This document shows positions 8,216 to 15,383 of a stretch of 31,714 nt of DNA, piece after piece. Origin of the DNA: a virus (Duplodnaviria; Caudoviricetes); the IMG/VR virus record IMGVR_UViG_3300036833_000312, positions 1-31,714 of that record; one strand, written 5' to 3'. Every line of letters begins with the position of its first letter. The stretch's first letter is position 1. Position numbers and translations under genes: made by a program. The notes below the pieces were generated by a model. That model worked only from the letters and a program-made list of their open reading frames with translations. It was not told the origin of the DNA and searched no databases.

Positions 8216-8424
8216 CCGACCCCGCCGACTTCGCCACTTGGCTCGCCACCAACCCGCCCCCCAACCCGCAAACCCTCGTCAGCCAATACGGCTCCTGGAG
8301 CCTGATCCCGGCCGCAGCCTGGGCGCAATGGGATGCCGCCGTCACCGCCTGGGAAAACGCCCGCCGCGACCGCCTGCTCGGATCAAGAACATGGGCCATG
8401 ATGGAAGCGCGCAAACTCCGCTGA
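8212..8424 (+). CDS. hypothetical protein (MTDPADFATWL...)
   Basis: ATGA overlap with previous stop; Trp-rich helical sequence. Confidence 0.7.
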   Translation: MTDPADFATWLATNPPPNPQTLVSQYGSWSLIPAAAWAQWDAAVTAWENARRDRLLGSRTWAMMEARKLR

Positions 8425-8872
8425 CGCTTAGCCCGGCTAACCGGCAAAACCTGAGAAACCTGATGGCGGAATTAAAACCCGCACAACCCGCGCGGGCCGC
8501 ACCCCCACCACATCAATTGCGGCCCGGAAAGATTGCGAAAAAAATAAAAACAGCCTGCCACAAAATTTTTCCCAGTTTTGGGGAAAATCCGGCATGGGGG
8601 CGGGCGCGAAACGAGCGCCGCAGGCAGAGAGACGTTCTCCGGGTCCTCTATAACTTCAATCTACATTTTGGTTATGGTGGTTATAGGGGGGTGGGTTATG
8701 GGGGAGGTTAAGAGGTCGGGCGGAAAGGTGTCCTGGGGGAAGTTGTCGATACTTGCCCTGCACCCTTCCGCCCTAGGCTGTGACCAATCCACAGCCATAA
8801 GGTAATTCCTCTTGACTGGGCCTTAGCCAAGCTTATTTACTAGACCTGACAAGTTGGGTCAAGGAGGAACGA

Positions 8873-9049
8873 ATGACACCCGCCGAGCGACTGATCTTAG
8901 CCTTGACCGAAATCGTCTATGCGCGAGAGAGTGGCCGCATGATCGATCAGGCAATGTGGCAAGAAATGCTTGAGGCGCGGTCTGCCCTCAAGCACGCCAC
9001 AAAGTCGGAGCCGGCAAAAGAGGGCCAGGACGTATGGGGGAAGGGATAG
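8873..9049 (+). CDS. hypothetical protein, 58 aa (MTPAERLILALTEIVYARESGRMIDQAMWQEMLEARSALKHATKSEPAKEGQDVWGKG)
   Basis: Manual translation; AAGGAGG RBS; TTGACT at 8812 upstream. Confidence 0.75.
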   Translation: MTPAERLILALTEIVYARESGRMIDQAMWQEMLEARSALKHATKSEPAKEGQDVWGKG

Positions 9050-9324
9050 GCCAACTCGCCTGGATTTTTGTCTTTGTCGGATTTGCCTTCTGGCGCGATC
9101 AGCCGCGTGTGCGTGAGTGCAGAATGGAGGTCATCTGGGAAACCGTCATCGGCGCGTTTGCCATCGTCATGCTGACGCTGGAGCTCTATGCGCTGATGAC
9201 CGGATTGCCGACGCTTTCGCAAATGATCTGGAAGTGGCAACGCACCTACCCGCTATTGCCGTTCTGGATCGCAGTCGTGTTTGGGCTGCTGATGATGCAC
9301 TGGTTCAATTTTATCCCTGGGTAA
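9034..9324 (+). CDS. small membrane protein (2-3 TM)
   Basis: Hydrophobic segments; start uncertain (9034 or 9124). Confidence 0.65.
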   Translation: MGEGIGQLAWIFVFVGFAFWRDQPRVRECRMEVIWETVIGAFAIVMLTLELYALMTGLPTLSQMIWKWQRTYPLLPFWIAVVFGLLMMHWFNFIPG

Positions 9325-9337
9325 GCTTGGAGAGATC

Positions 9338-9529
9338 ATGCCCAATCAGAATGCGCGCTACGCAGCCATTGTTGCTTTCGGTAAAGAAGCTGGGCCACGA
9401 CTGGATCGCGGCCAGTGTCCGCGCTGCGGTAAGGAGCCAAAGGGGTTTCGCGATGCCGTGTCTGCGCGTGAGCATGGCATTAGCGGCCTGTGCCAGAACT
9501 GTCAGGACGCGATTTTCCGAGAAGAGTGA
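9338..9529 (+). CDS. small zinc-finger phage protein
   Basis: CPRC...FRDxxSxRE...ISGLCQNCQD pattern; GGAGAG RBS. Confidence 0.8.
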   Translation: MPNQNARYAAIVAFGKEAGPRLDRGQCPRCGKEPKGFRDAVSAREHGISGLCQNCQDAIFREE

Positions 9530-9566
9530 AAATTAAAAAAAATTAAAAAAAATTCAAAAAAAATTT
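9529..9566. repeat. phased A-tracts
   Basis: A4-TT-A8-TT-A8-TTC-A8-TTT with a 10-11 bp period. Confidence 0.85.
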
Positions 9567-9652
9567 AGCTTACCGTGACGTCACGATTGTTAAGTTAATC
9601 TAATCTAATCAATCGAGAGATTAGTCAACATGTTGATAGTCTACCATGTTGA

Positions 9653-9856
9653 CTATTGCTGCAGATCCAGTTGTGGCTCGACAAGTCTGGCGTAGTCGTC
9701 AACAATCGCGCCCATGAGCGCAATCTCACGCGCGGCAGCTTGCTCGGTCATTTTGCCTAGGCCCACCAGCTTGGCGTAGGCTCTGATCCGTAATTTCAAT
9801 TCGCGTCTAGCACAGTCGAGTTTGTCCTTGTTGCTGAATTCAATTACACTCCGCAT
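9653..9856 (-). CDS. phage hypothetical protein
   Basis: KLDCARRELKLR...KMTEQAAAREIALMGAI helical pattern; TAATG coupling to endolysin. Confidence 0.8.
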   Translation of the reverse strand: MRSVIEFSNKDKLDCARRELKLRIRAYAKLVGLGKMTEQAAAREIALMGAIVDDYARLVEPQLDLQQ

Positions 9857-10986
9857 TAGGCTACCTCTTCTCCTTCCTCGATAAATCGCCAGTCGACATT
9901 TCCCATGCCGGATAGGCCGATAGCTTTGGCCGCTGCCGGGGTCAGATCGAGCCCCGCGCCGTTACTGGTCTTGCCCTGATGCTTGCCGCGCGGGATTTTT
10001 GAGCCCTTCGGCTCGGCAACCGGGCGCGCTTCGCCTAGCACATAGGCTTCGTCGTCGATCACCCAGGGACCAACATCCCTGATCCGGCAGACGACATCTT
10101 TTCCGGTGACGGTGTTGTGCACCGCCACTAATGGACGTGCGCTGCCAAATTTCCACGGCAGAGCGCAACCCAGTTCTTGGTCAGTGATCCTGTCGAAGGG
10201 TGGATACGCGCTGGTGTTAGGGTCAGCCGCGCCGCCAAAAACACTGCAAATGATATTCTGATGGTTGGGCTGGAATACGGACGCGGCCGGTTCCTCGGGG
10301 CCGGGCTCATTGAACATGAAGTCCTGGCCATTGATGCTGACCACGACTTGGCCGACAGCTTTGATATCGATTTCGACTCGCGGGACTTCCGCGACCTCTG
10401 TTGGTGGCTCGACCGGCGGCGGTTCCTCGATTGGCGGCTCTATCGGCTCGCCGATGGTGATTTGGCCGATGACTTCGGCGATGCGCTTGCAAATTTGCTC
10501 AAACGTGGCGCGGTAGCGCTCGCCATCGGTGCTGCTGTCAACAAAGCAGACTTCCAACAGGATCGCCGGTTTAGTGGTGCCGTTCAAAAATGCGAGGTCG
10601 GTTCTCTTCTTTGCGCCGCGATTAGGCAAGTTGGCGGCGGTGGCAATAGCGGCAGACGTGTTAGCCGCGAGCGTTTGCTGTGTGACGTACAGCACTTCAG
10701 TGCCCATCGGATTGCTGGTCTTTGTATAGGCATTGAAGTGCACACTGACATCGTAATCGCGGGCGCGTGCGTTGTGCCAGTTGACGATGGTATTGAGGTT
10801 TTGCGATTGCGTGGTGCTGGTGTCATCGTGGAAGAACTCGACACCTACTCCATTGGCGCTCCAGAGTTCGGCAACTCTGTTGACGACGCGTCTAGCTTCG
10901 TCCACCTCATCTAGATAGGGCGGGCGTGGCGATGCGCTGGCGCCCCGGATATACTTGCCGTGTCCGCTGCTGATTGCGATTTTCAT
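9856..10986 (-). CDS. endolysin: N-acetylmuramoyl-L-alanine amidase (Amidase_3) + Pro/Glu linker + RlpA-like DPBB domain
   Basis: SSGHG, LDEVDE, VSVHFNA, AILLEVCFVDS amidase motifs; C-terminal IRDVGPW and LDLTPAAAKAIG. Confidence 0.88.
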   Translation of the reverse strand: MKIAISSGHGKYIRGASASPRPPYLDEVDEARRVVNRVAELWSANGVGVEFFHDDTSTTQSQNLNTIVNWHNARARDYDVSVHFNAYTKTSNPMGTEVLYVTQQTLAANTSAAIATAANLPNRGAKKRTDLAFLNGTTKPAILLEVCFVDSSTDGERYRATFEQICKRIAEVIGQITIGEPIEPPIEEPPPVEPPTEVAEVPRVEIDIKAVGQVVVSINGQDFMFNEPGPEEPAASVFQPNHQNIICSVFGGAADPNTSAYPPFDRITDQELGCALPWKFGSARPLVAVHNTVTGKDVVCRIRDVGPWVIDDEAYVLGEARPVAEPKGSKIPRGKHQGKTSNGAGLDLTPAAAKAIGLSGMGNVDWRFIEEGEEVA

Positions 10987-10990
10987 AGGT

Positions 10991-11185
10991 CTATCCCTTC
11001 ATTCTTGGTCGATAATGCTTTAGACAATCCTGGCGGCGCTTTTCGCGAGTTTCCTCACTGCACTGTTGATAGATTGCGCAGCAATCGTCCCTGTGCACAG
11101 GCATCCCACACCATGCGCATTCGTGCCGTTTGAGGTAAAGTCGTTCCAGCTTTGTGTATCTCTTAAGCATCCTGGGTGTTCTCAT
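10991..11185 (-). CDS. small Cys-containing basic hypothetical protein
   Basis: CAWC...CC...C pattern; ends 5 nt before endolysin start; start uncertain (11215, 11185 or 11170). Confidence 0.55.
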   Translation of the reverse strand: MRTPRMLKRYTKLERLYLKRHECAWCGMPVHRDDCCAIYQQCSEETREKRRQDCLKHYRPRMKG

Positions 11186-11327
11186 GCCTCTCGGGTCCAA
11201 CGTCTCTGCCAACATCCATGAGCTGTATCACCATGGTCGTCGGCCGCGCTCGCGCAAACAGATCATTGCCATTGCCTTGAACGCGGCACGGCGCGGCAAG
11301 CGCAGGGGCCGCCGCCGGAGACGCTAA
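11184..11327 (+). CDS. 47-aa basic protein MPLGSNVSANIHELYHHGRRPRSRKQIIAIALNAARRGKRRGRRRRR (DUF6496-like KQxxAIA motif, from memory)
   Basis: Manual translation; SxNIxE...KQIIAIAL..AR motif; fills an otherwise empty gap; Arg-rich tail. Confidence 0.7.
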   Translation: MPLGSNVSANIHELYHHGRRPRSRKQIIAIALNAARRGKRRGRRRRR

Positions 11328-11695
11328 ATCAACAACCGGGGCGGCAGTCTGACGTGGTCATCCTGTGGACGCCACAAGTGCAGGCAATGCGGGTGCGTGT
11401 TGACGTACTTGTCCTTGGGCGGATGGAACTGCAGTACAAGCTCGCCATCTTCAAAGCATAGATCTTTGACGAAGCTCATTTCCAGCCAGTTCGGATTGCG
11501 CGACTTTATTGATACACTGACATGCTCCCAACCCTCGCTCTCAGGGAGCTCGGCCGCGCCGACGATGATGAATATGCGAATACCGCAGGGGCCAATGACT
11601 TCAAACGCGCCGCACATGCCATAGCTGGTGTCTGAGCCCATGCGCCCCTCGGTGATGCGGCCGTTCTCCAGTTTTTCGGGAACGATCTTGCGCAT
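11324..11695 (-). CDS. conserved phage hypothetical protein (DUF7694-like, from memory)
   Basis: WEHVSVS...PNWLEMSFVKD...QFHPP...YVNTHPHCLHLW motif. Confidence 0.8.
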   Translation of the reverse strand: MRKIVPEKLENGRITEGRMGSDTSYGMCGAFEVIGPCGIRIFIIVGAAELPESEGWEHVSVSIKSRNPNWLEMSFVKDLCFEDGELVLQFHPPKDKYVNTHPHCLHLWRPQDDHVRLPPRLLI

Positions 11696-12006
11696 CAGAT
11701 CTTGCCTCGGATGTCTTCGACACTGAATCCGGTTTCCTTTGCCAGCCGTTTGGCCAGTCGGGCGGTTGGGCGATAGAGCCCATTGAGCCAGCCGAAATAG
11801 GTTTGCTTGGTGATGCCCAAGCGCCGGCAGCGGTCAATCAAGCTTAGCTCTGGCCATAGCTTCCCCAGCACTACCGTCATCGGCAGCTTGAGCCGTTCGC
11901 GCATTTTCAGCGCATACGTCAAGGTACCATTGTCCGGCTTCAACTCGATCAATTGCTCAACCAGCCCCAGCGCCCGCCGCTGGCGTTCGATCAGGTCTGT
12001 TTCCAT
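11695..12006 (-). CDS. XRE/Cro-like HTH transcriptional regulator
   Basis: C-terminal CRRLGITKQTYFGWLNGLYRPT...LAKETG HTH; divergent from the early operon. Confidence 0.75.
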   Translation of the reverse strand: METDLIERQRRALGLVEQLIELKPDNGTLTYALKMRERLKLPMTVVLGKLWPELSLIDRCRRLGITKQTYFGWLNGLYRPTARLAKRLAKETGFSVEDIRGKI

Positions 12007-12012
12007 TGGTAA

Positions 12013-12052
12013 GGATTATCCCCTTGACTAAATTGGGTCAAGGGTTAACAGT
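12013..12052. promoter_or_regulatory. overlapping divergent promoters with palindromic operator CCCTTGAC-N8-GTCAAGGG
   Basis: Plus strand TTGACT (12024)...TAACAGT; minus strand TTGACC (12041)-N17-TAATCC; 8-bp perfect inverted repeat 12021-12044. Confidence 0.65.
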
Positions 12053-12100
12053 GTACGGGCGACTGAGAAAGTCAACCATTGAACCAAAGGACAAAAACCG

Positions 12101-12760
12101 ATGAACGACGAAAGCAGAAAAGATCTAGCCCTCGCTCAACCTACCACCCTCGCCATCAGGGAAGCCGAGATCATCGGCGCCGCCGCTGAGGAAGATGGCG
12201 GTGAGAAATTCTTGAAATTCGTCAAGGGTGAATATTTCATCAACAAGGAGCCCGTCGCGCTGGGCAGCGAGTATATCGCGCACTGCGTCGGCTGGACGAA
12301 GTGCTGGATCAAATTCAAGGATGATGGGCCACCCGAGCGCAAGATGTATCCGGTGCTTGAGAAGCAACGCATCCTTGCGCGCGACGAGCTTGACGAAAAC
12401 GATCCGAGCAAATGGGGTCCGGGGTTGGACGGCAAGCCGAAAGACCCATGGGTGTTTCAATATCTTCTGCCGCTAACAAATCAGGCTGATGATCTATTCA
12501 TATTCGTGACGAGTTCTTTTTTTGGCCGGCGCGCGGTCAGCAATCTGTGCCGGCTATATCATCGTAGAACGCTGAGAACCGGGATCAGTGAAAATCCGGT
12601 GGTCAAATTAGCGGCATCGTCGGAAGTCACCAAGAAGTGGGGCAAGGTTCAGTGCCCCTTGTTTGAGGTTGTCGGCTGGGACGGCAGTAAGGAGGCTATC
12701 CGCGAGGTCAATCCGATTGATACTCTCGCCAACGACATGAATGATCAAATCCCCTTTTAG
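12101..12760 (+). CDS. single-stranded DNA-binding/annealing-like protein
   Basis: Acidic SSB-type C-terminal tip (NDMNDQIPF); AAAGGA RBS; next to exonuclease. Confidence 0.7.
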   Translation: MNDESRKDLALAQPTTLAIREAEIIGAAAEEDGGEKFLKFVKGEYFINKEPVALGSEYIAHCVGWTKCWIKFKDDGPPERKMYPVLEKQRILARDELDENDPSKWGPGLDGKPKDPWVFQYLLPLTNQADDLFIFVTSSFFGRRAVSNLCRLYHRRTLRTGISENPVVKLAASSEVTKKWGKVQCPLFEVVGWDGSKEAIREVNPIDTLANDMNDQIPF

Positions 12761-12773
12761 GAAGGACAGGCAA

Positions 12774-12983
12774 ATGCGACGGATCATAACGACTGTGCTG
12801 CTGCTGGGAATTGTGATGCCGGCTTTGGCGCAGGTTCCAATGCCAAGGCCACGACCGGATGCGTGCGTGATAAACCCGGCGAGCTGCAAACCCATTAAAA
12901 TTCAGAATCCGACAAGATCGTGCTCAACAACCTGCCGACCAGATGGGCGGGGCGGGCAGACTTGCACAACGAGCTGCATGTGA
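12774..12983 (+). CDS. small secreted Cys-rich protein
   Basis: Signal peptide MRRIITTVLLLGIVMPALA-Q; 6 Cys; VPMPRPRP; start re-placed at 12774 after AAGGA. Confidence 0.7.
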   Translation: MRRIITTVLLLGIVMPALAQVPMPRPRPDACVINPASCKPIKIQNPTRSCSTTCRPDGRGGQTCTTSCM

Positions 12984-13630
12984 AACGCTACGACGTAGAG
13001 CAGTATTCGGAAGACTGGAAGCGCTTGCGGTTGGGCATTCCAACCGCAAGCAACTTTCATTTGCTGATGACGCCGGGCGGCAAGCCTACCTCGCCCGACA
13101 ACAAGGAACGCCGGCAGTACCTGTATCGCTTGGTGGCCGAACGCATTTTGCAAACGACAATGCCGGATCGCTTCGTCGGTAATCAATTCACCGACGACGG
13201 GCACGAGCGCGAGGGCGCGGCGGCGAATTTGTTTCCGGGCGAATTGTTGCCGGCTGGGTTTTTCACCACCGACGATGGTCGTACCGGCTGCTCACCGGAT
13301 CGGATATTTGCGCATCGTAATGAGGCGGTGGAGATCAAGGCGCCAGCGCCGTGGACGCATATTCAATACATGGTTGACGGCCCAGGCGATAAATACAAAG
13401 CGCAAGTGCAAGGTCAAATTATGATTGGTGAATTCGATTGCTGTCATTTCTGGAGCTATCATCCGGACTTTGCCGCTGTGCATATCCGAACGAGACCAGA
13501 CCCGCGCTATATCGCCTTGCTGCGTTTGCAATTGGATCTGTTTTTGGATGAGCTTGATAACGTCGAGCGCTACGTGCGCCGGCACGGCAATGTCGCGGTT
13601 CTTTTGAAGGAAGTGAGCGATGCGGACTAG
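12980..13630 (+). CDS. YqaJ/lambda-exonuclease family protein
   Basis: QYSEDWKRLRLGIPTAS, GHERE, GCSPDR, VEIKAP, QVQGQI motifs; GTG start overlapping upstream TGA. Confidence 0.9.
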   Translation: MKRYDVEQYSEDWKRLRLGIPTASNFHLLMTPGGKPTSPDNKERRQYLYRLVAERILQTTMPDRFVGNQFTDDGHEREGAAANLFPGELLPAGFFTTDDGRTGCSPDRIFAHRNEAVEIKAPAPWTHIQYMVDGPGDKYKAQVQGQIMIGEFDCCHFWSYHPDFAAVHIRTRPDPRYIALLRLQLDLFLDELDNVERYVRRHGNVAVLLKEVSDAD

Positions 13631-13970
13631 GGACACCAGTACGGGCGATCTGTTCGGCTGGACTGGTGGCAAGGCGGCGCGCGACGAAGGAATGGAGCGG
13701 GCCGTGCGTGGTGGGGGCGATTGGTGGCAGGCGGCCCTGGCCGTGGTGCACGGGTTGCCGGCCGGGTGGGAGGGCAAGTTCGAAGATCTGACCCGATTGG
13801 TGCGAAAGACAATTGGCCCGCCGCCGAAGTCGAGCAATATCTTTGGCGCTTTGGCCAATGCTGCGATGCGGCGGCAGTGGCTGGTCAAGACCGGCAAGCG
13901 CCAGCACATGGAAAAGATCACGTCGCACTCGCGGATTACCGACGTGCTGCGAAGGACATTTTTGCGATGA
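13620..13970 (+). CDS. phage hypothetical protein
   Basis: AAGGAAG RBS; GKAARDEGM...NIFGAL pattern; overlapping gene packing. Confidence 0.75.
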   Translation: MRTRDTSTGDLFGWTGGKAARDEGMERAVRGGGDWWQAALAVVHGLPAGWEGKFEDLTRLVRKTIGPPPKSSNIFGALANAAMRRQWLVKTGKRQHMEKITSHSRITDVLRRTFLR

Positions 13971-14131
13971 TCGAGCCGCGTAAGGCGCGCTTGTCTGGCG
14001 GCCAACGCACCGTTGCTGAAATGACCGAGCGAGCCGAGCTCAATGCGGATGCGCTACCCCAGCCAAAGAGAATTAAAACTAAGGTAAAGAAACACCGCAA
14101 TGTGGGACCAAGGCGGCGCGGGAACAGATAA
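13967..14131 (+). CDS. 54-aa basic hypothetical protein (MIEPRKAR...GPRRRGNR)
   Basis: ATGA overlap; AAGGA RBS; Lys/Arg-rich C-terminus. Confidence 0.6.
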   Translation: MIEPRKARLSGGQRTVAEMTERAELNADALPQPKRIKTKVKKHRNVGPRRRGNR

Positions 14132-14151
14132 GCGGGCGGGAGTAGCACTTT

Positions 14152-14172
14152 AAAATGCCCCGCGCCGGGGCA
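14152..14172 (-). terminator. intrinsic terminator, probable end of the late minus-strand operon
   Basis: Minus strand TGCCCCG-GCG-CGGGGCA followed by TTTT. Confidence 0.55.
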
Positions 14173-14224
14173 CAGTCGGTCGCTGGTGCGTTTTTAAAAA
14201 GATCTGGTACTACACATAGGGTCT

Positions 14225-14301
14225 TGCTAAAATACGCAACGGCTGAGCGCTTACGACGCCCAGCCGTTACTTGACCGGCAACCCTGGATAGGAGAATTGC
14301 C
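14225..14301 (+). promoter_or_regulatory. extended -10 promoter and structured leader of the HNH gene
   Basis: TG-C-TAAAAT at 14225-14233; hairpin 14238-14268; second hairpin GGCAA...TTGCC enclosing AGGAG. Confidence 0.5.
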
Positions 14302-14832
14302 ATGCCCGCCGCCATAGATATCACCGGCCAGCGTTTCGGACGATTGGTCGTTTTGGCCCTTCACCACATAGCTAAGAATTATCATCGCTGCTGGCTCTGC
14401 TCATGTGATTGCGGAAAGCGAAAGGTCGTTAGTTGGCCCGCCTTATCACAAAAGACGACAGTATCCTGTGGGTGTCTTAGGGCTGAGAAAGCGGGAATAA
14501 CAGCGAAAAATCGGACCGTGCACGGTCAAGCTCGCCAAGGGCATCACACCCGCGTTTTTCGCTGTTGGGTAAATATGAAAGATCGCTGTCTCAATCCCAA
14601 GAATAAGCATTTCAAGGACTATGGGGGGCGGGGCATCCAAGTCTGCGAACGATGGCGTTCGTTCTCAAATTTCTTCGAGGATATGGGGCCTTGTCCAGAT
14701 GGCTATTCCATCGAGCGCATTGACGTGAATGGTAACTACGAGTCGGCAAATTGCAAATGGATACCGATGGCAGAGCAGGTCCAAAACACTAGGCGCGCCC
14801 AGAGATCGCGAGCCACACAGCCGGGAAAATAA
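14302..14832 (+). CDS. HNH homing endonuclease-like protein
   Basis: DITGQRFGRL, WLCSCDCG, SCGC, YGGRGIQVCERW, SIERIDVNGNYESANCKW motifs. Confidence 0.88.
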   Translation: MPAAIDITGQRFGRLVVLALHHIAKNYHRCWLCSCDCGKRKVVSWPALSQKTTVSCGCLRAEKAGITAKNRTVHGQARQGHHTRVFRCWVNMKDRCLNPKNKHFKDYGGRGIQVCERWRSFSNFFEDMGPCPDGYSIERIDVNGNYESANCKWIPMAEQVQNTRRAQRSRATQPGK

Positions 14833-15157
14833 CCCCCACGCAGTACACACCAAGCGCCCCAAGCCGATAAGGATCTGGTTGCTGAAGCGCCAGATACGTA
14901 AGGAAAATCCCGCCGGCTACTCCAAGCAAGACAATCAAACGCGCCGCCAGAACCCGAAATAGTACGTTCAGAGAGCCTATGACGGCCGCGCGCCAAGCGC
15001 TTCTAGTGACGAATTCCTGCTGAAGGTTAGGCGCTGTCGCGCTCGGTATCGCCGTCGTCGCCCCAGGCGTCGTTGATGGCGTCGCGGATGATATCATCGT
15101 CTGCAGTTCGCTCGGGTTCCGCTCTTCCGGCAATTGCCTTTCGGCCACGAGCGTCAT
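14789..15157 (-). CDS. membrane protein with 2 C-terminal TM helices
   Basis: LAARLIVLLGVAGGIFLTYLAL and LGALGVYCVGVIFPAVWLA; start uncertain (15211, 15157 or 15097). Confidence 0.6.
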   Translation of the reverse strand: MTLVAERQLPEERNPSELQTMISSATPSTTPGATTAIPSATAPNLQQEFVTRSAWRAAVIGSLNVLFRVLAARLIVLLGVAGGIFLTYLALQQPDPYRLGALGVYCVGVIFPAVWLAISGRA

Positions 15158-15383
15158 GGGCTTTGAAGGCCTTGCTGTATTTTCGTACGGAGCTCCCGGC
15201 GCTGGCGTCATGGATTTTCTCTTTGCGCATTCCCATGAACATTATTTGAATGCGGCCGATGGCGATCAGGGCCGCAATCCGTTCCTTCAGCGTAACACGC
15301 TCATCGGTCTCAAGGTGGTGCAAAATCTCGGAAATCTGATTGTAGAGGCGGACGTTGACGCCGAGCGGATCAAGGCTGCTCAT
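15027..15383 (-). CDS. hypothetical protein
   Basis: ATGA coupling with upstream stop; helical N-terminus, acidic tail. Confidence 0.65.
   Translation of the reverse strand: MSSLDPLGVNVRLYNQISEILHHLETDERVTLKERIAALIAIGRIQIMFMGMRKEKIHDASAGSSVRKYSKAFKAHDARGRKAIAGRAEPERTADDDIIRDAINDAWGDDGDTERDSA

Noticed and set aside
8425-8870. tRNA/ncRNA or the 157-aa ORF 8238..8711 in the large gap
   Set aside because: No cloverleaf or T-loop consensus seen; the ORF is low-complexity and overlaps a better gene.
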